DNA from: Amoeboaphelidium protococcarum X5
Lineage: Eukaryota; Fungi; Aphelidiomycota
DNA length: 64,000 bases
Reading direction: 5' to 3'
Assembly (NCBI GenBank): GCA_023515725.1
Contig: JALDTO010000192.1
Location: forward strand, 186,001 to 250,000
The position numbers were made by a program, and so were the translations under genes. Below are positions 36,096-48,136 of the stretch, in pieces. A model generated the notes under the pieces. That model worked only from the letters and a program-made list of their open reading frames with translations. It searched no databases and was not told the DNA's origin. Position 1 is the stretch's first letter. Every line of letters begins with the position of its first letter.

Positions 36096-38935
36096 ATGTA
36101 TTTTGCGACTGACACTATTAGAATATATAAGCATATTCCGTGGTAGGATATCAGTTAGCGGTAGTGGTCTGTCAGCTCTAGCAGAAATTACTTTTGTATA
36201 CTCTAATCAAATGGCTAGCTTGAACTGTATGTGTCTAAGGTATGATAAATTACTCAGAGTTCTCTCTTATGATTTTGAATCTATCTGTGTAGAATTTGAT
36301 TAAAGTATGTTCAATATAGCTGGATTCTGTAATTGTCTAGCAAGTGAGTAAGATTATATGGAGTCATGATGATAACTGTATACTATTACTTTGCGATTAA
36401 TCCGCTACTCTGTTATGGCTGAGCCCAGAAAACAATGATGATGATTAATATGGTGGTGGCATGAATAGATACCAGTTTGCTTTCTAAACAGATGAGACTA
36501 TAGATGCAGGATTTAATATTGCCTCTGTAAAGTTGGCGTTAGCTGGTCAATACAGCTTGAGTCATACCATATAAGATGCAGCGTTCCTGTCTCCTGAATG
36601 TGTACTTGTCTTTCTGAAAGACTCTCAGTCGATACTTAAATTATCTACATCAGATGGAGTTATTAGTGAAGCTAGCAAGGACTTATTTCAGGACTTGATG
36701 TATCATACTGATAATACCGGCAGCCATCTGCTATCTGTACATGTTGATACTCTTATGGATATTGCCGTACTATGCCTGGATGATGATTCAATGTTCTTAT
36801 ACAAGGTGTCTTCATTGCTATCACCTGCTGATAAAGATGCATAATATAGAGAGTTTGCTCATCTATCATGTCGCGATGTTGATGATGTGGACGTTGTATT
36901 GAAAATTAAATCTATTGCTTTTAATGCTCCTTTTAGGTTGCTAACTGTTCTTACTTCCGATGGCCTGCTTATTAATTATAGAGTCTCTGAGTAATTGAAG
37001 ACGAAATAAGTCAATAAGATCAAATGTCCGAGTTATGAATCTGGTGGATCAACTAGCGCATTTAGTTGGACACACGATGGATATGCTATGGCGCTGAGTT
37101 ATGCGGCAGGTGGATTTGCTGTTTACTCTGTCTTTGGCAAATGTATATTCAGTACGATTACGAATAGAGGTGAGTAATTTACAATTAGTAATGGTAATAA
37201 TAATGAAAATTAACCAGTTATCATGAACAACGGTAATGCATTATTTTGGGATTTCATGAGCTACTCTTTGAATATAGTATCTCGCGCTGACAGTCAGGTG
37301 GTGTAAATGCAATTTGGTAAGAATTCATTGACCACATGCAATGTTAAAGATAACATGAGAAATCCATTTCTAGTATCTGCTGATAGTTTACATCTATATA
37401 ATCATTCAGATGTTGATGTTAAGTAGAATGTTGAGCCTGTTCATCCTGTAAGTGTATACAAAGTGGTGCTTATTCCGTAACAATATATTCAGTTGCAAGG
37501 TCCAGTGCGTTATGCATGTGCTAATAATGATGGCAGTCGAATCGCTGTGGCCGGACGCAGAGGCTTTGCTATATATCAAAAGTCTTCTAATAAGTGGAAG
37601 TTATTCGTAAATGAAGAATGCGAGAATAGATATGAAGTATAAAGCGGCCTTATTTGGTTTAAGCATTACTTTATAGCTGGTGTTTTTGATCATATTTAGA
37701 AGCAGAAAGCATTGATAGTGGTGGACTCAAGATAATCACTTGATCCATCAAAAGTTCTGATTTCAGTTCCTCTGTAGAGTCAACTTATTAAGCTGAACAT
37801 TCTCTATAATCATTTGCTAGTGGTTGATGATGAACTCTAAGTGATGCATTATGTGCTTGAAGATGCTGCGGCTAGTGGTAATTCCTTCCTGTAGATGCGA
37901 TTATTATCAGAGTAATCTTTAAATACTTTATCAACTTCACCGCTGTGCTTATAGTTTATAGATTGGTTTCTGCCTATCACGGATTATTCGAATCTCAATG
38001 AGCGTATTAAAGATGCTCCTTATATTGTCCTTTCTGGAGGTGATTTATCACTCGTTAATCCACCATACCCCCAGTCTATCGATAGCAGTTAAAGCCCTTA
38101 GTCTTGTTTGATTGCGTAAAAGATTGAATTTTGTTGGCCGTTCTATCCGCGCAAACCAATTGGGACCATGTTTAACGCTTTATGGGCTTATGACGGGCAC
38201 AGAGTTAGGATTTGGATTAATTTGCTTCTATAGACATCTGCGGACTTTAGATGGGCTCCTCGAAAGCCATTAGAATTGAAGCTCGACTTTTACCCGTTTG
38301 GCGTTCTGTTCCATAAAGGAATCATTGTTGGCGTAGAATAGTCTTTGACGATGTTGTCTAACGCAGGTTCTAATACTGGTGAGAATTTGCATTCACTTTA
38401 ATTCCAGTCGCATGGAAAGACATTTCTATTTATTCACTATTTTGTCAAGAGTCTTTTGGATTAGTAATTCTATCAGGAAGCTCTGGAATTTGGTGCCTTC
38501 TTTCAAGACTTTGAGTATTTCGGTCACTCGATGGAGATAATGCTTCATAAAGTGGTGGCACAGGAGTTTTAAATGTTCTCAGATAACCAAGTTGTATCTC
38601 CATCAACCAAGAATATGCTTCCTCGGTTGATCTAGTATCTCTAGAATTTCTAGCAGTATCGCAAAATTGTTGTGAATTGCGCAAGGAAGACAGAGTTTAC
38701 GATGTGGGATTACCTCTTCTCTGTGGTGGGTAGTCCTCTCTAGTTGTTCTAACAATGTTTAGAAGCTGAAGAGGTGCAGGTGGCCGCATCTTGTCTGATT
38801 ATATTGCAAACTCAATAGCCAACGGCCGTCACCAAAGAACTGTAAATATCTCTCCTCAAAAAAGCTCTCAATTCCAATGAACTGGAACTTGTCGGTGATA
38901 TTGTGCGGTACTTGACTAGAGTAAATGAGCTTTGA
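36096..38935 (+). CDS. RIC1: RIC1 (Rab6/Ypt6 GEF subunit); intron 36240-36292
   Basis: MYF start, IAVAGRRGF, KWKLFVNE, LDFYP, EYFGHSMEIMLH, VVNCARKTEFTMWDYLF. Confidence 0.9.
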
Positions 38936-39107
38936 TTTTCACTGTGATACTCTGACGTCCATGGTGGTTTACTTGAAAGCTAAGATGTTGCAAGTGTAGT
39001 ATATTTATTATTGTATTGTACATTTATCACATTTTACAGATACTCTATTGAACCTCTCACATCCAGCATATCTACTTGTTGCAACCAGACATATGACACA
39101 TCAGATC

Positions 39108-42100
39108 CAGATCATAGTTGTAAAATACAGCTGGGAGAAGTTGTGAATAATACACGTGACAGATACAAACTATATAATACTGCTATAACGTTAGTAAAAC
39201 TACAAGTATGTGTACAAGAGTGTGCGGTCTGGCTTCCTGAAAATAGTTTTTGGAAGGTGAAGGTTGGCCTATTAGAATATATTTCATGCTTACAGGAATG
39301 ATAGTGTTTGGGAATAAAAAGTTACAGATGTACCATTAATATCAGCGATATTACAGTAACAAGTCCTTACTGACTACCAGTTTTTTATTGTGCACTTTCC
39401 TTTACTTTGGCGGCCGCATTGTTCGATATCGGCCCTCGGTCTAGAACGGGCTCGTTTCCGCGACGGAGCGCGCGCGAGCTTCCTAATCCGGACAACCACT
39501 CACTCCTATAGCCTAGCCAATAGAACTCACCAAGCTGGAGTGCATATAATATTAGTACCAATCGATAGATCGTTTTCTGAAACGGCAGATGAGCTTATTC
39601 CCAAAGAAATTGATCAAGAACTGACCCGGTTGCCATTTGGTGGTCCCCGTTTCACTCAAGCCACGTTTCAGATCTGAAACAAAGTGTGGGGGAAGAATCA
39701 AACATTCCCACTGTCCCATATCACACTCTCTTCTTCTCTTATGATAACAATCGATTATTACACTCTTATGTTCGCTATGCGTTTATCTCATCCGATATGC
39801 CAGTATAGTGTCCTATCTACTTGCTTGAGTGATGGTTCTGGTGCTCGCTTGCTATCTGCTCAGTTTGGCTGTCTGTCTCCTCTCTCTGCACCTGAAACAA
39901 TCCGTCTCCTGCTCGCTCGTTCCAGCTCTATGATGATGGTCTCTGGACAATCCTCCGGATCCTTACTGGTGAAGAATGCTGCTCCTCTACTGTTGTCCAT
40001 GATGTCGAGCTGGTGTTTAATCGCTGTCCTCTTTGCTTGTCCCTCTCTCAATCACAAGATACTGTCAAGGCTCATCTCTCTCTCTTTCCATCTGTGAATG
40101 ACCTCTCAAAGCTACTCTCATGGTCATTGTCTCTAATCCGGTATGTATATATTTAACAGATTAAGCTCGTTTTATTCATTTTATGAAGTTCTATGTGTGT
40201 AGGTTCATGCTACTTTGACTTATCAAGAATGCTTCGATGACAAGGTTCTGGCTGTGTCTCCAACTCATAATTGGTTGTAGCTGTTTTACTATACAAAAGC
40301 AATAGAAGAGGCTGGCTCCATGGGTTTTGCGCTCTTCTTTATTAGTGATATCGCAACATGACTTTGGTGTCGACTGTGTTTGCTTTGCTCTCACAAGGCT
40401 TTGGGTGTCTGTGAAGTTGTAATTGTTGTTGTTTGCTTTTCTTTAACAAGGTTCATGCTATATACAGTACCAACTTGGTGAGTCCTGAACTATGGTCTCA
40501 TTTGATGCTCGTATTCGGCAGAGAACTACTGCCCTTTTGTGAATGGTCATTGACTTGAAACTGCTTACTGGTCATTGAGCCGCAGTACTACAACTGCTTG
40601 TAGAGTCAATTGATATCGTCTTCTGGTTTGCTGCTGGTTGATAAAGCTCAATTGGGAAATGTCTCTATGGCTCATTGTTTACAAGCTGAAATCGCTGCTA
40701 TTTTACTAAGGATAATCAGACTTTGCTTGGTCTGTCTGCTGACCATACACCCCTTCTTATTGAACATGGAACTCTACGCAATAACTCAAGTTATGCTGGT
40801 TCTTTAATTCCTGTTGTTAACACCGATTTGGAGAAAAAAGTCTCATATCGTTTATCTCTCTGACTGACTCTTACTCTATACTAGATAGAATAGAATCTCT
40901 CTCTGCGTCTTAGTCGCCTGAAGACTTGTAATTGTCATTATTGTCTTGTATGACGTCTGTGTTGTAATGAAAAAACTACATCTGCTGCCTCTCATGAGTG
41001 CGTATTGTGCTGGCGATAAGCATTGAACTGTCTAATGCCCAACAGTAATACTGGAGTTAAAGTATCCTAAAATATTGCTAGAATCCTTAAAAGAACGTGG
41101 TGATTCACCTATATATTAACTTAATAAGAATTGATGTCGTCATATCTAAAGCACCCATCCTTACACTAATGGATGAGGTGATTATAAAAAAAGCAACACA
41201 GAGTCCTCTGCTCTGTGCAAATGAGTAAATTAAATGAAAAGTTGTCTTTACAGTCCTGATTGAACCTCTACTACCTTGTCAATGATCTCACTTCTGGGAG
41301 TCTCGTCCGCTGGTCAAGAAGCTGGTCGGAGGAGCTTGTGCTGGTCTGTAGTGCTGGCTTGTGCTATGGAAGCACCAGAGGTTGTGTTTCCATGCTATCA
41401 GACCATCAGCTTCTAAGTTTGTGAGTATTAAGTTGGCGTTATAGGGATTGAGGTTGCAAAGTCCAGGATATTAGCCGAAAATATGGCTTTAAAAGTATAG
41501 AAAGATCCTGGTAGCATGACGTCTAATTGTTGGCGCTTCAAAAAAGAATTTGGTCAGTCTCGCCGCTGTTAGTTGGCTGCGATTGGCTCTCTATAAAAAT
41601 GCCCTCATTTTGTTGGGCTGTTCTTATTAGATCTCAGCAAGGAGTCCTCTGCTCTTTGCTTCTAGAAATTGATTGTTCTCTGCTTGTTTGCTGCCTCTTC
41701 GCCTAGTCAAAGTTGTATCTCTGGCGGTCTCTTTCCTCTCGGTCTCTGGCTGGATGAAGGAGCTTGTGCTGGTCCTCTAGTGCTGGCTTGTGTCACGACG
41801 ACACCAGAGGTTGTGTTGTCGTTCTATTGGACCTGCAGCTGGCCAGTGGGTATTGGTCTTTGGCGTCGTGGTATAGAAGGCTGCGAACAAGTCTGTCCAG
41901 TGTCATCTTGGGCTGGACCTGGCCGTCTTTGGCCGTGAAGAAGGTGATTTGGTGATTGGGAGTGGGCCATCATGGCCCACATGGAGTTGGAAAAGAGGGG
42001 GTGGTGGTGTTGGTCTGGTATGGCCAGTATAGAAAAGTCTGCCCAGCAAAAAGCTGGGTTCATAATCAATTTGCTATAACCGTCATAGGTTATAGCTGGT

Positions 42101-43566
42101 ATCATCTGGTGCGCGGGTCTCTGAGATAGCTAATTGCCATAAATAATAATAATAATAATTCATCTGCCAACTCTGCCTCGCCAACCGCTGGACTCTCTCT
42201 CTCTCTCTCTCACTCTTTGAATGTTCATAAGTAATCTTCGTCTGGTTGGCTTGGCCGAGGTGGAACAATAAATGCAATGGTAGCTAGTAACTGGTATGCC
42301 TGACCCGCGCACCGCCTTGGCATTGGCAGGAAAATGAAAAAAAATTCAATCATTGTTCTCGTAATGCCAATGCCAAGTAAAATTATATTGGAGCTGGTGG
42401 AAGCTGACAAGACTATAAAATATGTGGTGCTGCCTCATCTCATTGATCATCTGGACTTCAATCATGGTCCTAGGCTAAAAATCTGCACCTGTCTTTGTCT
42501 CCGTTTCCTCTCCGTAAGTCTCCCTCTCTGGACAATTGCAATACAAGGCATACTGTGTTGTGGTTGTCCTCTCTCTATCTCTGTTCTATCCACTCTCTGT
42601 GCGCATCTTGGCCGGTCCTGCCTCTACATATATATATATATCTCTCTCTCTCGTTGGACTGGCTAGTTGCGTTGGATAGAATAGAGTCATCTCGTCTTGT
42701 GTATTTGCCGCTGGAGTCGCAGTGAAAATTCTTAGACTCCTCTGGCGGCTGCTTGTCATAGTTTGCAAATGGCGTCGTAGTCTGTCAATCAAGGCGTCAT
42801 TTGCAAGAGTAGTTCCTCATCCCACTGCCATCGGGCCGTAGTTTATTGTCATAGGCTCGTTTGGCTTCACATCATCATCATGATCCTTTGCAGATGCGCC
42901 GTAGCTAGATCATAGGCGTAGTCTGCAAGAGTAGTTCCTCATCTCAATGCCACTGGTGCCGTAGTCCCCATCCATAGGCTCCTTTGGCTGCATGTCATCA
43001 TCATCATCCTTTGTACATGGCGCCGTAGCTAGATCATAGGCGTCATTGCAAGAGTTTTCTGCGTCCTCCGTAGTCTCATGTCATTTGTATATATAGTCAT
43101 CTCATTGGAGGCGCAGCAGTCACATCTCATAGAATATAGAATATATAGAAGTTCCATTCGAAAGTTGCCGAGGCCCCCCGTATCTGCTCTGTAGTCAATA
43201 GTCAAGAGTTGATCGAGTCCTCTGGCAAGAGTTTCCCCCTACACTGGTAGTCTGAATTGCTTTGCTGCTGTGGTTCTCATCACATTCATGAATTGTCCCC
43301 TCTGGAGTTTTGTGTTATGATTTCTTAAAGTTTCTAATGGTATGGTCAGTCTCCATCTAGTCAACACATTTAACAAGAGCTCCTCCTCCTCCACCTCCTC
43401 CACCTCATCTCTCTGGACAATTCTGAATCCATTGGCCGCATTTCATGGCTACTACTGTACTACAATATAAATCGAAAGTGCTGTTCAGTGCTAGAGCAAT
43501 GAATAAAAAATCAATCAGTAAAATAATTACTACCAACACAGTGATGTCTCTTGTTTTCACTTTTCA
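39108..43566 (-). repeat. Right arm of ~4.4-kb inverted repeat
   Basis: Reverse complement of 24602-29062; ends approximate. Confidence 0.95.
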
Positions 43567-43726
43567 CTTTCAAGTCGCAGTTAATCGCGACTTCATTCCA
43601 ATCTAACCACAGTGAAGCGTTTGCGCGGCGATTTCGCGCTAATTCCCTCTTTATCACTCTTTGATCAGTCTTGCACATACCACCATTTTATGAGCTAGAG
43701 TCACGTTAAAGGTGTTGCAGGTAACG

Positions 43727-45262
43727 ATGGAAAGAAAGCGAAAGTAGTAGAATGATGATTCCGCGTTGTAAGCGGATAATGTAAAGAAGAGCAAGCTGAC
43801 TGAGCTAAGCGATGGGAATAAGCAATTTTAATCATAATCTAAAGCCTCTAATTCCATCAAGGACAGACTGGCAGATGTAAAGAAGCGTCTAGCTGAACGC
43901 AAATAGTAGAGCTCACAGTTAAAAGATTCTACTGGCGATTTAGGCAGAGGTGATTCCCATTAAACCATCCTCAATGTTCCCATCCATCCTATAATCGCTG
44001 GTACCGCTGCTCCATCCAAGAAAGATGAATCTGGTAGTAAATAGACTGCAACTTCTCAGCAGAAGAATCCCTACGTGACAAAGAATGGTCCTAAAGATCA
44101 GAGATTGAATGCCAAGCTCAAGTTTATAAGGAGAGGTAAATTGAGTAAAAAGGCTGATTATGTTCGTTAGACGTTATAGCTGGAAATGGTTAATAATCAG
44201 TCAGAGTTGGAGCGATTGCAGTCACATTCACAAGACTTTGAATTGGATCTTGTGGGAGATGACGCGTATGACCAAGTCCCTTCTTTAACTGGATTTGATA
44301 CTGTTGCTGTCTCTGAGGATTTAGAATCTGATCAATATGTCGAGTGGTGGGATAGTTAAATTTTGTCTTTTCCGCGATATGATTTGGAAAGTATAAAGTA
44401 TGACTAGATTACATCTCTCATTCAGCATCCAGTGTAACTGAGACCTTTCCGAGATGATGAATTCGGTTCAGATAACGCTTAGATATAAAAGATCCATCTG
44501 ACTAGGAAGGAGATGCGTAAAGCTAGACGTCTTCGTCGAATAGACGCAGAAAAGGAGAGGCAGTTGAAAGTACAGCTAGGACTTCTACCTCCCGTGCCGT
44601 AAAAGTTGAAAATGTCCAGCGTGATGAGGTTGAACGCGGCTGGTCAATTGTTCGTTCAAGGTGAACCTACGGCGATTGAATTGCAAGTGATGTAGCAGGT
44701 GAAGGAGAGACTGGAGAAGCATCAGCGTATGAATGAGGAGCGTAAATTGACGCAAGACCAGAGGAGATTGAAGTTGGTGTATAAGAACTCTGATGACACC
44801 AACCACGGGGCAGTGATTAATGTATTTGTCATTTTTAAGGATCTATCGCTACATCCTAAGAGTAGATTTAAAATCAAAGCTAGTGCGTAAGATTACCATC
44901 TCAGCGGACTGTGTCTTCAATGTGATGGATATGCTCTTCTTGTGGTTGAGGGAGGCTAGCGGACTTTATCAAAATTTAGACATGTCATTCTCAATCGCTT
45001 AAACTGGAATATAGACTAATCATCGAAAGATAGTGACTAACTCAATACTAGGAAGGCGGAAGTGAATGGCTTGGATGAAAGTACAGCATAATCAACTCTA
45101 ATGCTATTCGAAGGAGAAGTAGCCTGTCCTCATTTTGACAGATTCTAAATGCTGGAGTGTTACTTACCATCAGAGGTGAAGTCTCATCTTGGCGAGTATT
45201 ACCGGAATTTCTGGACTCTATCACAGAATATCAAATATATATCTCAGCACTAAATCGAATGA
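43727..45262 (+). CDS. PRP3: U4/U6 snRNP protein Prp3
   Basis: VEWWD, ITSLIQHPV, LTRKEMRKARRLRR, LGLLPP, RLEKHQRMNEERKLT, VVEGG. Confidence 0.92.
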
Positions 45263-45332
45263 ACTTAACCCAACTAAGCGTACTATGTATAAGATGGAGA
45301 ATATATTTATCAACTCATAAATCACAAAGTTA

Positions 45333-46721
45333 TCACACGCGTAGCATTTCTAGAATATTATCATGAGAAATGGCTAACCACTCTGGCTACGTGGTGGACC
45401 ATGAGACTTGATTTATTTCAGCTTGCGCATTGTAGCAGAGAACCGGCTCAGGACTATAATTGGATAACTATTACTATTACTATTAAGCTTGTTATTCTTG
45501 TTGATATTATTATTATTATGATTGTAGCTGCTTTGATGAATTAACGTTATCCAAATCCCAGACCAGAGCTTATCCATCCTGACCGACTGAGCATAGATTA
45601 TGAGCAACACCAGCGGACCATTCTATACCATTGACATTCTACTAACGTTTATACTGTTAATGTTGATGATGTTGATTACCAACACTATCAGATGTCTAAT
45701 GCATCATCTAGCCTTTAGGTACCAGGTTGATACCATGAGACAATTCACAATACGCCGTGGCAGGCATCCGAATATCAACAACAACAACTGCACCAGAGCT
45801 ACCATGCTAGAACGTGGCAATAAGATTAGAATCTAGCTTATTCCAACACAGTCGCAGTAGAGGTGACTGATCGACAGTCTCATAGAGAATATTAGAATGC
45901 TCCAAGTTCCTCAGATCGAACATACGCATAGATCCATCTGCTCCAACTGAGGCAAACACCTCTGGATTGAAAGAGCTAAATGCCAGATCATACACCTCAC
46001 GATCATGCGCAATCAACTGAGTCTTCACCTACTGCCTTTCCACATTCCATATAGTGCATGTGGTATCTACACTGGCCGTACCCAAGACTGAGATATCCAT
46101 AGAATTCCAATCAAATGATGTAATAGGAGCACAGTACTCGTTATTCTTATTGCTATTAAGAACGGCAAGTCGACTCAATTTATTATAATTGGTATCCTCA
46201 GAGTAACTGCCATCAGAACCGGAGCTTCCATCCTCATCACTATTAAACTTCCACAATCTAAGATAATCTCCACTAGTAGCAAGCATATTAAGATTAGCCT
46301 AGTTCTACACATTATAATAAATAAAGGCATAATTATATTGAAATCCAACTCTAGTATAAATCAAATTACTTCGTTCACGGGACACCATTAAACCTTGGTC
46401 ATTGGATATGGGTGATCTGCCTGAGCGAGGCAAGTTAACTGTACTTGATCATCCTACTCATCCTCCTACTCCTCCATATCATTCTATGAGTGTTGTAATC
46501 CAACAATTTACATCTACATGATATATACATAAATCAAATTTCAAGGAGGTAGCGCTTATAATACTATAGTGGTGATGATGATAACACATTCATACCTTGT
46601 TCTAATACTCTTCAATGAAGGATCCAATGGCCATACGAAATCGTTCAGGGTGAGACGAGTTGGCCCAGCCCATAGCGTACACTGGCCATGGGGCCTCATA
46701 AAGCAATCGTTCTCTCTGCAT
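45333..46721 (-). CDS. DCAF7: WD40 protein DCAF7/WDR68 (AN11/TTG1 family); one intron at ~46514-46596
   Basis: [67 protein letters not shown]. Confidence 0.93.
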
Positions 46722-47162
46722 CAGGATGACCACTAGTAGACTCTTACAACAGAAGTAACGCTTAAAATGATACGGACAATTAATACAGTAAATAGGAGAT
46801 TCCAAAACAAAAATAAAAGAAGAAGAAAGCGACGACCGTTAGATGTAGCTCAGTAAGAAAGCAAGTGGTAAATGAGTTCACTACTTTAATAAGTGCGTGT
46901 CTACGGCTGAGTGTCAAGTCCCTGGAACCGAGTTTAAATCTCACAGTCTGGAGTGTGCCATCTACTACTCATTTGAAAGTGCTAAGAAGCGACTCTAAAA
47001 AGTATCGAGCATTTGCCACAGTCACAGTCGCGACTTTAAGCGGATCGTTTTTCTTCGTTTCATCTGCAGAGGCAGGGGCAGAGCGTACTGTACTCGCGCG
47101 CGAATATTTTTACCTTTTGCATCTTAAATGAAAATTTACAACAAACATATCACCACCACAAA

Positions 47163-48085
47163 ATGGATTCTTTATTTCAACAACTGGCTGCCGTAGAACA
47201 AGATATTAAAGGCCTTATCGATCAGAGAGCAGCTTTGAAAAAAGTGGAACGAAAGTAGGTGCTTGACTCAGATTAACAAGAGGAATTGGTTCGCCTCGAC
47301 ATGCGTCTTGCTGATGCTAGTGCCTCTGCCAAGCGCTACGAATCGTTCATCAAGCTCGCAATGAAGGAGCAAGAGCCAGAAGCCATGACATTTAAAGATG
47401 CTGACGAAGAATGGACTCAGTCAGTTACCGGTGTCAATACTTCTCCTGGACCAGCTTCGTGATTGATGAAAATATTCAGCCGCGTCCTGGATTCCACACT
47501 GCGTTCGAAGAGATACGTAAAGGTGTCCATCAGTTTACTGAAGCCGGCCGTCGCTTTTTTCTTAATCTTTTTCTTCTGGATATCATTCATCGTCCTGAAT
47601 TCGAGGGAGATTTGCGACTATTTCCGGAGTTGGAATTGTCGGTGATCGAGACAACTGGGGCTAAAAAACGCAAGCTGAGCGGAAGGACAGATTATACAAT
47701 TGGATTTGGAAAAGGAAAAGATATTCTATCCAAAGCAATTCCTCGTGAAGTCCATCTGGTAGCTGTGGAGGCAAAGACAAGCATTGGAACATTGGACCTG
47801 TTGTAATGTATTGCTGAAGCAGCTACTTTATACAAGATTCGTGTGGACGCTCGTAAGCCTAAAAAGAGCGTGTGGGGAATTCTTTCAAATGCCGAAACTT
47901 GGAGATTCATTTTTATCGACGAAGCTGGATTGTTGTGGAAATGTGACATAATGCCTTTGGACTATTACGACGAGTCGAAGGTGTTGTAAGTGTATAGGAT
48001 GGTTTATCATATGATTAAGTGTTGTCATGAAGCTTGTACCCCACCTCCATTCACGGCTTCTCCGGTCGTTTCTCTCAATCAGTGA
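47163..48085 (+). pseudogene. Crinkler(CRN)-like PD-(D/E)xK nuclease-fold protein with N-terminal coiled coil; one frameshift at ~47430-47445
   Basis: TEAGRRFFLNLFL, FPEL, LSGRTDYTIG, VAVEAK, QCIAEAA, VWGILSNAETWRFI. The N-terminal frame differs from the nuclease frame. Confidence 0.7.
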
Positions 48086-48136
48086 TCACAAAATACTATC
48101 TACAAGTCGATTGATTAATTTGATATTCTAGTTCAC

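Noticed and set aside
24602-43566. Inverted-repeat centromere or composite (foldback) transposon
   Set aside because: The core is filled with conserved genes, and no TSD, terminal motif or transposase was seen. Not strictly excluded.
43572-43593. Hairpin aagtcgc...gcgactt at the outer edge of the right arm as a Helitron end
   Set aside because: Only a 7-bp stem, no matching CTRR terminus and no equivalent at the left arm.
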